Below are positions 9,171 through 20,895 of a stretch of DNA of 21,050 nucleotides, in pieces. Positions within the stretch are counted from its first letter, which is position 1. The number at the start of each line of letters is the position of its first letter. The translations under genes and the position numbers were made by a program. The notes below the pieces were generated by a model. That model was not told the origin of the DNA. It ran no database searches and saw only the letters and a list, made by a program, of their open reading frames with translations. Where the stretch lies: the NCBI GenBank assembly GCA_024626585.2, contig JANKJI020000002.1:34480535-34501584 (forward strand), in the 5' to 3' direction. The DNA is from Ginkgo biloba (taxonomy: Eukaryota; Plantae; Ginkgophyta).

Positions 9171-9675
9171 TAGTAGAATAGAGATGAAAGAACAAATAAG
9201 AGTACCTCTTAGAGAAAGATAATCTTAGAGATGTAATATGATCACTGTTAGATGCCTTGCAACTGCATATTTCTTATTCTTGCTACCCTTTGTAATCGTG
9301 CTCCTTCCAATTTTTGCTCCTATTCTCCTCCGTCACTTCTTCCTCAAATTTTTTTTTGAACCATTAGACAGGCAAATCATGCCCTCTTATATACTTAAAA
9401 AATAATTCAAATGATCGATTCGTTAGGCATATCATGAAAGGTGGAGAGAGCATACTCCCTCGATGGTATGTATCATCCAATGTTACCCTTAACTTCCAAA
9501 AAGAGGGGCTATAGTGATAAAAAGGAGTTTTGAATGGTTTTTTTAGAAAAACACAAAGTGGAATGGAGATACAAAGCCAATGCCCTAAAGCCCCTTTAAG
9601 TTCGAAGACTCTAGAGTAAGGTAGGGCCTACCAAAACCAAAGAACGAATAGCCAATAGTGAGAATGGGTGGGACA
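9171..9675 (-). repeat. 3' LTR (partial) of the minus-strand Tat-type element
   Basis: The minus strand begins TGTCCCACCC at 9675, right after a PPT. TATA (minus strand AAGTATATAAGAGGG) at ~9382-9396. The distal end is lost in the gap 9071-9170. Confidence 0.6.
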
Positions 9676-9676
9676 A

Positions 9677-9689
9677 TCCCCCCAACCCT
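9677..9689 (-). promoter_or_regulatory. Polypurine tract (PPT)
   Basis: Minus strand AGGGTTGGGGGGA-T-TGT, about 1 kb downstream of the integrase stop. Confidence 0.6.
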
Positions 9690-12600
9690 AGGCATATATA
9701 AGAAAAAATATATAGATATACATTAAATACAACATCCCATGAAACCTCAGTCAACAAAGGATCCACAGGGAGATATTGACTATTGTCAATCAAAGATCCC
9801 AAAATACAAGTAGACTTGTGCCTGACCCATTAGGCCATGGAGTCAAAAAAGCGCAATAGCCATCTCTTTTGTGCAAAATCATGATCATTGACCTCTTTAC
9901 TCTACTGAAACAATCACCTCTAGTGCTAAATATATCAAGAGCAGTCAGTCATGAGTAGCCTCATGAGACCCTGAGTTCTCTCAGTCAAGAGCTAATTTAT
10001 TTTGGCAAGACTTGCACAATGACAAGGTAAGATGTATGGTGGAAAATAAGATTGGCTAATAAATATGGAATGTAAATGATCAATAAAAAGGAATAAAGAG
10101 TGATACCACATGATAAGTCAACCTATATCAAAGGTCGATAGTCATGAAGTCGAGATGAGCAAGTTAGAGAAGGTCGTATCAATTGTGGTAGTGCACCAAA
10201 TCCTTCTTTCAACACATGATTCAGAAATAATGAGAAAATAACCCAAATAATTAAAACCAATAACGAGAAGCAATGATGAAGTAAAAGCATAAAATATGAA
10301 AATGGGTTAAAACCCTGATAGAAAATACAATGAGCATGTAGCAAACCAGAAGTGAAAATAATGATGCAATCTAGAAGAGGTTCCATAACAAGCAACAACA
10401 AAAAAATAGATAAATTATGACAAAGAGAAAGGGAATCCTAACAGCATGTGAGACCCTAGAAAATATCCAAGAAGCCCTGGAAGAGAAAATAGAAACATGG
10501 AAACTCAAGAAACTCTAAAATCAACAACAAAAATATGTCAGAGCAAGAAAAACCTAGAAATAACAACGACAATAAATAAAAATCCTAAAAGAGAACTGAA
10601 ACCCTAGAAAGAGGAATGGAAACAAAAACATAAGCAGTTACCCTGAGACATTAGGTATAACATTTTTTTAAGTACTGACCATTAGTAGAATAATTGAAAA
10701 GAGTATCGCCAGGGTGTGTAAGAAGATAAGAGTTGTTACCATAGTTCTGGTTTATGACATAGGGTCCAATCTAGAGAAACTCAAATTTTGAATATTTTTT
10801 AGGGTCTTCTTTGGATTTTTTCCACATAAGTACTAATTCACCTAGTAAAAAACTCCTAGTGGTGGTTTTACTATCGAAGGAATCCTTAACTCTCTTTTGT
10901 TAAGCCTCAAGGTTCTCTAATGCATCTCTGCAATTTTCTTCCAAATGCAATAGTTTAGACAAGCGATGGTCAAGTGATTCCATGCTTGATACTTTGGCAA
11001 CTATTTATAGGGAAGGAATTTCAAGCTCAATGGGCATGACTTCTTCAAAGCCATACACCAACATATAAGGGATGAACCCTGTACTACCCTTACAATTAGT
11101 GTGATAAGCCCATAATGTATTAGATAGTTTAGGATGCCAATTTTTCCCAGACTTGGATACAGTATTATTTATGATTCAAATTAGGATTTTATTCATACTC
11201 TTAGTGAGTCCATTACCCTATGGATAGTATGTAGAAGACTGAAAAAGAATGATATTATTCTGGTAGAATAACTCAACCATTTCAGTACTAGTAAATTGAG
11301 TGTTGTTATCTATGATTAATTATGTTGGCATCCCAAAATGAGTGAACACGTTATCGATAAGGACTAAGAGAACGTTAGTTAAATTTTCTTTAACAAGTGG
11401 ACTTGCTTCAGTCCATTTCGTAAAATAATTAGTGATGTTCAATATGTAAGAATATTGACCACTAGATAGAGGAGAAGTAGGACCGATAAAATCTAGCATC
11501 CATTTGGTGAATGGACATTCTCGAAGTACTGGGTTCAATGAAAAGGGAGAATTACGTAATTTGATTGTTGCTCTCTGACACTTGTCACATTCATAAATGA
11601 ATGCATAAGGATCTTTGAATAGTGTGGGCCAATAGTAGCCTTTTCTCAAAATTGTATGAGTTGTTATTTCACCTGAATAGTGTTCATTGTAAGTATTGGC
11701 ATGACACTCCTCAAGAACTCTGGTGGACTATGTTCTTGGAACACATCTCAATAACAAGTGGTCAATTGATCTATGATAGAGGGTGTTCCCCAGAATAACA
11801 TATTTAATATCCTAGATTTGTATTTTTCTCTTTTATTTGGAAGGGATCTATGGCATAAATGAATGGTCATTTAGATAATAAAGGATATCTACATACCACT
11901 TGGGATCAGTATTGATATTCAGGATATGCTCATTAGGAAAAGAGTCATCCATTAATTTTGGAGACTCAGAGTTGATAGGGTGTTGTGCTAGGTGTTCAGC
12001 TAACCTTTTCCCCTTAATCATGGTAATAGGAAAAATTTCTATGTCAAATTCATGTAGGATCATCGCCCATCTCCCAATTTTTTTTCTTAGCTCTAGACGA
12101 GAGAGTAAATATTTCAATGGATTGAGAGGAACTCGAGCTATTGTATGATGTCCTAAAAGACAATGCCAAAACTTTTGGACAACAAAAACTAGGGAAAAAT
12201 ATTATCATTCTATTTTAATGTACTTTAGATGATAGTTAACCAAAGCCTTGTTCGTGTAAAAGATAGGCTTTTAAGATTTTTTATCATCCTCCTCTATGAG
12301 AATTGCACTTATGGTAATTGAAGATGCGTTAGTATAAATAATGAAGTCCTTTTAAAAACTAGGTGGAGCAAGGACTGGAGATCAAGTGAGAGCTTCCTTC
12401 ACCTTATAGAAGGTTTCTTTCATATCCAGTTTCCAAATGAATGCAACATTACCTTTGAGAAGGTAATTGATTGGTTTAATGATTTCAGCATAGTCCTGAA
12501 TAAAGTGGGCAATATAATTTATTTTCCCAAAAAATGATTATAGTTCCCTTTTTCTTTAAGGCAATGGGAGTTTCAATATAGCTTGCACTTTTTTGTGATC

Positions 12601-14739
12601 CACCTTAAGTTCATTAGGAGATATGACAAAATTGAGAAGACGACCCTCTCTGGAAAGGAAAACGTATTTTTTAGGGTTCAACGAGATACCATAATGATGA
12701 ATCTCTAGAAAACTAGTTGCAAATGGTCCAAATTCTCATCTCTAAGATTTGAATGCATGGTCAAGTCATCAAAACATATTTTGATGATCGAGGTTATTAA
12801 ATCATGAAAAGCGATTGTCATAGCATGTTGGAATGTAGCACCTATATTAATAAGCCTGAATGGCATTGCATTGTAGGTGAAGGTGCCCCACAGAGTCATA
12901 GATATGGTCTTCATCTTATCCTCTTACTGTATTTTTATTTGGTTATAACCTAAAAAATTATCCTATAGAGATATAACAGTCGAACCCAAAACTTGATCCA
13001 AAATTTCTTGAATATGTGGAATGGGAAAGTTATCTTTCTGGGTAGCCCTATTCAAGTTGCAAAATTCTACACATATATGAATTTCATTATTCTTCTTTCG
13101 CATGGGTATGATATTAGAAACCAAAGAAGAATAGTCAACAAGAAATATGGCCTTAGCATCTAGCATTTTTTCTACTTCCTTCTTAATGATAGCACTAAGA
13201 GTTGGGTTTATCATTTGTTGTCATTGCCTGAAGGGTTTGACCTAGGGATGTAGAGGAATATGGTGAGAGGCAACTTTTGGGTTGAAACCTTTAAGTTCCT
13301 CATAGGACCATGTAAAATATTCCTGATATTCTAAAAATAATTCATGAAATATCACCTTTTCAAAAGGTGGACAGTCAACTCCCACAAGGATATCGCGTGA
13401 CTCAGAATCAGTCCTAATATTTAAGGGAATAGTTTCTCCTATTTTTTGTAAGGTAGGTTCATCGAACAAATTTGGGTGCCTTGGTATATCGTCAGTAGTA
13501 AACATTGATTCTAAGATGCCTAGACCCTAAGGGGGTTTTTTAGAATGCAAGTCTATGAATGACTCATTTATTGAAATGGTAACATGACTTAAACTCCTCA
13601 GTCCTTTGTTCCAAAAAGTAGCAAATAGCTCCATCGTTATTAAATACTTTCCAATGGTCTTCATTATCAGGGATAACTGGGTGATAATGGATCTTAATAG
13701 GATATGAACTCAGTGAAACCCTAGGATCAGGCTTAAATAATGAAGCTAACACTACAAGGTTGTCTTCTTCCATATTCTAACTTCTAGGTATGAAAGAAAT
13801 TTTAAAATGGTCAAAGAGCATAATAAGTGAATGAACCACTTCGTAATATTGATGCAAGAGGGGATTTCTAACTTGATACGTATTTTTTATTTGTAGCACT
13901 ATAAGCTCGCTATCCTCGTATGCATGTAAAGAAGTCAACTTAAGTTCTAACACCTTCTGCATTCTGGCTATGAGAGCCTCATATTCATATTCAATTTCCC
14001 CAAAAAGAGTCTCTAGATTAACCCATGTGTTTTTTCTACTCGAAGTCCATAATCAAGTTGTGGAGGGTGGAGATCACAAGGAAAGACACCTTCTTCCAAC
14101 TTCACTGCTCGACATGACTAGTCTTTAGTGAGAGTGACATTAGCTTAAAACTCTTACCCATTCTCAAGTTGCTCCATTTAATGTGAAGGCCATGCTTTCA
14201 TTTTTTATTATAGCCCTATGCTAGAAAAAAATCATTCTTCCATGCTAAATTGATTGTAATCTATTTCAAAGAATTCAAACATGTATTTATTGTGTTAATA
14301 AAAATAAAATAAAATCAAAATTTTGCATACCTAAATAGTTGATGAATATAAAAAAATTCTATATGTACATTATTTATAATGTTTCATAGATTTATTTTAT
14401 GAGCATAAAGATTTTATGCATGACCCATTAGGTTGAATGGACAATACATTTTTGTGTGGTTATTTATATAAATTATCCCTGATTTCACTTGACTCCTTAG
14501 TAATAAGGCTTGTTCCTAGTTTATCTTTCACATTATGTTGTGATCATACTTGGTTACTCATTTTGTTTCTTTCGTTGATATTGCATGATTGTAGTCCAAT
14601 TGGACTTTATTTTGTAAGATCATTTCTTCAGAAACTAGGACTGTTTGATGTTCCTTTCTTGACCATTTTAAGAGTCCATTAAAACACTTCTTGACATAAT
14701 TGCTAAATACATTTTCTTTGTCATACTGATAGGCTAATG

Positions 14740-15715
14740 GTGGTCTCAACCCTTGGTCATAACACTTTGTAACGTTTCCTTCATTTTTCATGAATTGAAG
14801 AATTTGATCACCTTCTTCAAAAGCCTGTCAATGTTTTACACTGTTTGGTACCGAAGGTTTGACCAAGATTTGAACTTTAAAACTTCCTTAGGCAAGAGAC
14901 AAAGAGGGAGAAAATAATGAAGCCAACATGGCCAATAAGTCAGCGAGTAGATTCTACTCTTTGGGGACAAATGAAATATCGAATGCTTTAAAGTTTTCCA
15001 TTAACACCCATACCTGATAGTGGTATTGTTTTAATTTTTTATTTTCCACGAAACAAATGTCCCTGACTTGATTAATGATTAGCTTTGAATCACCAAATAC
15101 TTTCAATTTCTTTACTCAAACACTAAGGATTTTTGTAGCCAGAGCACCAAATCTTCATACTCAACTACATTATTAGTACACTCAAAGTAGAGTTGGTATG
15201 ATGATGGATGAATGTTACCTGTAGGGTCTTCAAGAATGATTTTCCATATTTCGGTTGACTCAAAACTCTAAAATACTCCACTCCTTCTGGTTCCAAAGTT
15301 GTTAATATTGCATATGTTCTCAAAATAGTCTCATAAAAACATACCTCAGTTGCAAATTCATTATCTCCTTCAATATGAAGTCCATGTCTAAATTCTATTT
15401 CAATTCATACCATCTTATGTTGATGAGAAATCGTTATGAATGTCCTATCTATGCTCATGAGTCCTCCAAGTGAGTTTGTCTAGTCTCTCCTTAACAACAT
15501 AGCATATGCTCCTAGTATCTCAACGACTATTACATTCATCACGATGATAACTTGAGGATACAAGTGGATGCGCACATATAAATTTTTAATTTCTTTGATT
15601 ATTTTAATTGATCGCGAATCCATGGCAAGCATAGATTGAAATGTCTTGGTGCATTCCAAGCCTAATCTCTTCATAACACTATGTGGCATAATGTTATGAG
15701 AAGCGGACAATTACA
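14740..15715 (-). mobile_element. Second Tat-type fragment: protease, archaeal-type RNase H, spacer
   Basis: PR: SASHNIMP..LGL..AMDSRSIK..YAMLLRRD (15480-15710). aRH: IILEDPTG..LYFECTNNVVEYE..LKVFGDSKLIINQV..FDISFVPKE*NLLADLLA (~14925-15245). Followed by KPSVPNSVKH*QAFEEGDQILQFM. Confidence 0.85.
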
Positions 15716-16393
15716 ACAAATGGATTGTATGGTTTGTTCCAATATACGACATGAACCTTCAAATAACCACTTGAATGCATGATGGATGTGTGGGTTTTCA
15801 CTAACCACTTAGTTTGACTATCCATCATAATATGATATGGTAACCTCAATATAATTATTAATTTATATGCCTACTATTGACATCTAATTTTGGCACTTGG
15901 TTGGCTTGTAATGGATAAGGCTTGATTGCTGCAACTTAGAGATAAAGTGCCAAAGCGACGTAGTAGTAAGGGGCCAGAAGAACCTCTAATTTTTGAGGTC
16001 CCTTATAGTAATAGAATGAATAGAATGTAGATTTAAATAAGTATGATTTACACTAAATAGGTAGCTAGTCAATAAAAAAGGGGAGNNNNNNNNNNNNNNN
16101 NNNNNNNNNNNNNNNNNNNNNNNNNNNNNNNNNNNNNNNNNNNNNNNNNNNNNNNNNNNNNNNNNNNNNNNNNNNNNNNNNNNNNAATACTTAACATTAT
16201 TCCATGATTTTCATGAGATCTTTGAATAGACCTACAATGAGATGACAGGAGTGGGCCTTAGAGTATTGGTCCATAATATTATGGTTTGACCAAATACTAA
16301 GTCAATTTTCCAAAAGGTAATGGCCCTAGAAAATGTTTATGTTAGTGAGCAATAGTCTTAATAGTTAGGAATTAAGTAGAAATTTGAAAGACT

Positions 16394-17060
16394 TAGAGAA
16401 AATAAAAAATTAATATCAACAAATGAATAAACATAGCTTTGAAATATAAAAATGAATAAAAGTTTACAATTTTTTTTTCTCTCTAAGCATTCAAATGCAT
16501 TCCATTCTTTATGAGCTCATTATCAGATACTTTTGCCTCTATAGAATGTTTATATTAACAAGAAATGTTCCTACCAATACCAATCACCAATTAAGTAGAA
16601 AACTAAAAGGCTTGGAGACAATTTGAATAATTATAAAATAGTGAATTAGTATCAACAAATGAATAAGCAACAAATAAAAATAGCTTCAAAATATAAAATA
16701 AATAAAACTTAAAAAAAAAGGTTTTTCTCTCCAAGAATTCAAGTGTCAATTCACTCTTTATGAACTCATCAGTGGATAATTTTTCTTCAATTGATATGTT
16801 TTGAGGTGAGAAATGATCTTTTTTCAAAATATAGTGAAGCATCTAAAGAAAAGTTTCAAACAAAAATCTAAGAAGTACGTAAAATTTGAGGAATTGTAGC
16901 AAGGAATAAATAATGGATAAAACAAATGAGAAATGCTTTAAAATGAATACAATAATAAAAGTTTATGTAAGGTTTTCTTCTCCCAGCATCTGAACATGTT
17001 TTTCTTTTTATGAGTTATCAACGAATGATTTTGCTTGAGAGAGAAAATAAAAAATAAAAC
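16394..17060. repeat. Diverged AT-rich tandem repeat, about 3 copies with a ~240-270 bp period
   Basis: ATCAACAAATGAATAA occurs exactly at 16415 and 16651, with variant AACAAATGAG at 16921. Each is followed in the same order by GCTT..AAAT..AATAAAA, a T-rich TTCTC..C..AG block, TTTATGA(G/A) and GAT(A)(C/A)TTTT. Confidence 0.7.
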
Positions 17061-17959
17061 TTTTTGATATATTAAAAAGCACAAATGTGCACATGTGAAG
17101 AAATGTATAAATAGGTAGGCTCGGGTGCTAAAAAATTATCTTAAAATTCATTTGTATTATTAAGAGACATTTTATGTTTAAAGAACATGCATCTAAGTGG
17201 TATTTTAGATGCTAGAATTATTCCTCACCTCTCTCCTTTCATGATGTTTGTCCCACATTGCTTGTGTGGTGGATCCTTTGGTGGTTTAAAAGGCCCAATA
17301 TGCTATGATCCTTATGTAAACCAAATTAAATAACTTTTTAAGATCTCATGATTCTTACACTAGTATAATCGTTGATTGGTTGAGGTGTTGATTCAAATCC
17401 CATTNNNNNNNNNNNNNNNNNNNNNNNNNNNNNNNNNNNNNNNNNNNNNNNNNNNNNNNNNNNNNNNNNNNNNNNNNNNNNNNNNNNNNNNNNNNNNNNN
17501 NNNNNNNNNNNNNNNNNNNNNNNNNNNNNNNNNNNNNNNNNNNNNNNNNNNNNNNNNNNNNNNNNNNNNNNNNNNNNNNNNNNNNNNNNNNNNNNNNNNN
17601 NNNNNNNNNNNNNNNNNNNNNNNNNNNNNNNNNNNNNNNNNNNNNNNNNNNNNNNNNNNNNNNNNNNNNNNNNNNNNNNNNNNNNNNNNNNNNNNNNNNN
17701 NNNNNNNNNNNNNNNNNNNNNNNNNNNNNNNNNNNNNNNNNNNNNNNNNNNNNNNNNNNNNNNNNNNNNNNNNNNNNNNNNNNNNNNNNNNNNNNNNNNN
17801 NNNNNNNNNNNNTTGATAAGGACCATGCATACTCTAGCTCTAGTCTATGTGGTTCTATAGTACTCCTCATCTCAAAGAAGGAAAATATTAGGAGACATAC
17901 ATTTATTATCATACATTTAATAAAGTAACCATAAGCAAAATAGGCATCCTTTTTCACAT

Positions 17960-18690
17960 ATTAATTACTTGATTTATTGACTATAAGGGGAGGAATTTTT
18001 CCAAGATAGATCTCAAATTTAGTCGTCACTAAGTTAGATTGAAGTTAGAGGACACTTGAAAAATAACATTTAAAATATTCTTTAGACTGTATGAGTGGAT
18101 CACCATGCCTACCAATTTGACCAATGGCCCAGCTACTGTTATAATGATAATGAATGATATGTTAAGGCCCTTCTTTAATTCTTTCATGGTGGTCTATCTT
18201 GATGATATTTTTATTTTTAGATTATCATAGAAAAAGCACCTTCAACATTTGATAAGAAGATTAGAGTATTTGTACATCCATTAGTTGCATAAAAAAATAG
18301 ACAAATGTGATTATGGCTAGACTTTAACGTACTACATTAATTTTATAATGGACTAGTATGGACTACATGTGGATCCTAGAAAGGCTCATGTAGTATGAGA
18401 TTGTCCACCTCCTATGAATATACATGATTTACAAATTTTCTTATCTTTAGATAACTTCTAGAATATGTTCATTCATTCATATTTAAAGTAGTTATTCCAT
18501 TGCATAAGCTCAATAAGAAGCTTAAACCCTTCACTTAGGATTCATTCCAATAGTAAGCCTTTTGACAAGTTTAAGGAGTTCTTGTTTACAACTCTTGTAG
18601 TAATACTTTTAGATTTATGATTTCCATTTGAGGTGAAGAATAATTCCTCTTAACATGATATGGATGCAAATCTTAAGTAGGAAAGTGGGT
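17960..18690 (+). mobile_element. Degenerate Ty3/gypsy RT and start of RNase H
   Basis: FSKIDLK..LYEWITMPTNLTNGPAT..MNDMLRPFFNSFMVVYLDDIFIF with YLDD at 18195-18206. VDPRK at ~18370 and PFEVKNNSS (decayed PFEIETDAS) at ~18624. Multiple stops, so it is absent from the ORF track. Confidence 0.88.
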
Positions 18691-18731
18691 TTGTACACAT
18701 TAGTTCTATTATGTCTTTAAGACACGACATA

Positions 18732-19284
18732 TGTTAGAATAGTTAAATATAAAGAAGGTTGCATGTCATAACTTATAAGATAGGTTCCTTGAAATAGATT
18801 AAATAACTTAAGTAGACATGCTAGATGAAGTGTGCTAGAGTTCTAATAACTAAGGAATATTTGGGATCAAAATAATAGTCCCAACTAACTAAGGATTAAC
18901 TTAGCATAAAGCATAGCACTCGAGCTTATAAATGGGCCCAATTCTTACTCATTTTATTATTAGTTCATATCTACACTATCTATTTATATTCTAATAAGAA
19001 AAGCAACAACTTCAGGAGTAGGTGTTTCCTCTTTCATTAAAACTAAAATTCTCATTTTATTATGATTGTAATTCTTATCTAGTCCTTTTTAAAGCTAATA
19101 AAGACTAATGACAAATTGTATTGCAATTATTTAAGATTTATATCAATTTTATATAGAATTATATGAGTGAATCATCTTATACATTATTAATATCTCTAAT
19201 CATTAGTAATCACTTGTTGGATCATTATAAGTGGTATTAAATTCTTGCAATGACATTGTAATCAAATCCATATATGTTAATACA
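18732..19284 (+). mobile_element. Possible LTR-like segment
   Basis: Starts TGTTAG shortly after RH homology stops, has TATAAATGGGCCC at ~18928 and a possible ..TAATACA end. No target-site duplication was found. Confidence 0.25.
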
Positions 19285-19661
19285 AACTTGATAAAAAAAC
19301 TACAGNNNNNNNNNNNNNNNNNNNNNNNNNNNCTATATAAAGTAGAAGATAGTTATGAAAATATGTCCCAAAAAATTATAAAATACCCTAACATACTCCA
19401 AAGTTTCTAAAAGTATAGGCAAAATACCACTAATATATTTGCCTTTTTTGCAATTTTAATAAAAATCATTATTCATTTAGCAAATTTGTCAGAAATTATT
19501 AGTAAAATTTTGATTTTATTAAAACGCTCACTTATAATGTATATGTTACATGTTTTATATATTACAAATATTTTCCNNNNNNNNNNNNNNNNNNNNNNNN
19601 NNNNNNNNNNNNNNNTAAGATTTTTCCTTATAACAACTATCATAGCAAATCTTGAGACCAA

Positions 19662-19706
19662 CTAGAGAAACTAGAGGATCTAGAGAAATTAGAGAAATTA
19701 GAGGAG
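19662..19706 (+). repeat. 9-bp tandem repeat (YTAGAGRAD x5)
   Basis: CTAGAGAAA CTAGAGGAT CTAGAGAAA TTAGAGAAA TTAGAGGAG, which reads LEK LED LEK LEK LEE. Confidence 0.75.
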
Positions 19707-19739
19707 TAGGAGTTAGAATTACATACTAATACAATCCAA

Positions 19740-20575
19740 CATACTATAATTTTGATTTGGTAGTCCCATAGAATCACATGAGTGGATATCAAAGCTAAAG
19801 GCAACATTCATCAACCCCAACATAAGATCTAAGGTTAAAAAAGTACACCATGCACTAGCAAATATAGAATCATGAGAACATACATGGGGAAAAAGAGAGT
19901 ACAACTCACATGTAGGAATTGTTATTGTATATTCTCAATTTAGAATGGACCTTTACAAAAGTAGATCAAAATTGGAGTGATTCATATAATATTCAACTAG
20001 AACACTTTTACAGACTCAATCAATTAGTAAAATCTTATACAAAAGAGTTTAAAATTCTAAAGATGAATAAACATAAGAAACTCAAGCAAGTAAGGTGTTT
20101 AACAATGCATATTGAGTTGGTCATATAGTTATCTATGATAGATACATAAAACCTCAAAGAAGACATCCACTGAATATATTTTGGTGGTGGAATGATCGAA
20201 GATGGTAACTATATCCATAAGAATTAAAAGAAAGGAAATTTAAAAAACTATGTTTTCGATGTAATGAACCATGGACAAAAGGTAATGCCTAAAAAAAGCA
20301 ACAAAATAAATTTTATATGGTCAAAGAATTGAATGAAGAACTATAGTTGTGACAAGGACCCAAATACCAACAAGAACAAATATTAGCAAAAGATCATTAG
20401 GATTTCTAGGCAAATAATGATGATGACAACAACATCCTTGAAGAACCACCTATAGAAATAGAGAAGGTTAGAATCTTATTCTCAACAATGATGGGGCCTC
20501 TAATGATTAGATATATTCAATGTGAATGAATTCATATGCAAGTTTAAATTAATGGTCATGGTACACTCTATAATA
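19740..20575 (+). mobile_element. Degenerate Ty3/gypsy gag
   Basis: Capsid-like SHEWISKLKATF..KKVHHALANIES*EHTW, VKSYTKEF, and zinc knuckle ELKERKFKKLCFRCNEPWTKG at 20221-20283, followed by an acidic linker. Confidence 0.75.
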
Positions 20576-20799
20576 TTACAAAGTGGAATAGTAAGTGGTT
20601 GAATTAAACAAGATTAAAGGAAAAGTTTATTAATTAGCTACTGCTTAGACCCCAAAAAAAAAAAATGCAAAAAAAAGAGATACAAGTGAAAAAAANNNNN
20701 NNNNNNNNNNNNNNNNNNNNNNNNNNNNNNNNNGAATTGGAAAAGACCCTTCTCACTAGTTAGCAAGGAAATTTAAACTTAGCTCACTCTATGTCACAG

Positions 20800-20895
20800 G
20801 CAATATGGAAGAGTGGGAAGACTTAGGAGGAGAGTATTCACATCATACTTGTTCAGAGAGGATCCATATCCAATGCAGATGAATAATTGTGGATG
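20800..20895 (+). mobile_element. Possible RNase H-like C-terminal remnant (LINE/Tat type)
   Basis: ESIHIILVQRGSISNADE*L weakly resembles IxIxHVxRExNxxADxLA. Confidence 0.2.

Larger units (their letters stand above)
9171..13995 (-). mobile_element. Degenerate non-chromovirus Ty3/gypsy Tat-type element: aRH (partial), RT, RH, INT, 3'UTR, PPT, LTR
   Basis: aRH: EYEALIA..AYEDSELIVLQIK..FIPRS*N (13740-13995). RT: IHICVEFCNLNRATQKDNFPIP, TLWGTFTYNAMPFRLINIGATFQ, CFDD at 12765-12776. RH: YTNAS, GRWAMILHEFDIEI. INT: zinc finger RKGYYWPTLFKD..CDKCQ, WMLDFIGP, GPY motif, ending NGQYLKKCYT* at 10651 with no chromodomain. Confidence 0.92.
207..20733. other. Assembly gaps (11 N-runs)
   Basis: 207-267, 2021-2041, 2646-2745, 4257-4356, 7242-7341, 9071-9170, 16086-16185, 17405-17812, 19306-19332, 19577-19615, 20696-20733. 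Five are exactly 100 N. Confidence 0.98.

Noticed and set aside
268-9675. LTR-like pieces at 268-710 and 9171-9675 as the paired LTRs of one element enclosing the TBL12 exons
   Set aside because: They share only the ~22-bp TATA block and have different starts. The 9675 LTR is the 3' LTR of the element to its right.
10123-10401. Hydrophobic 92-aa minus-strand ORF as an env-like extra ORF of the Tat element
   Set aside because: Short, without an ATG at the called start, and its hydrophobicity is explained by the T-rich strand bias of the 3' region.
17292-17404. Telomerase RNA or snRNA downstream of the USE-like motif
   Set aside because: No CTAAACCCT-type template (only TAAACC), an early T-run, and no U-snRNA similarity.
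17338-17957. Long ORFs of 145-200 aa, and other X-rich ORFs in the track
   Set aside because: These are artefacts of translating through N gaps.
20800-20825. miR482/2118-like or NBS P-loop-like sequence (ATGGAAGAGTGGGAAGACT)
   Set aside because: No hairpin and no flanking NB-ARC motifs; most likely a chance purine-rich match.
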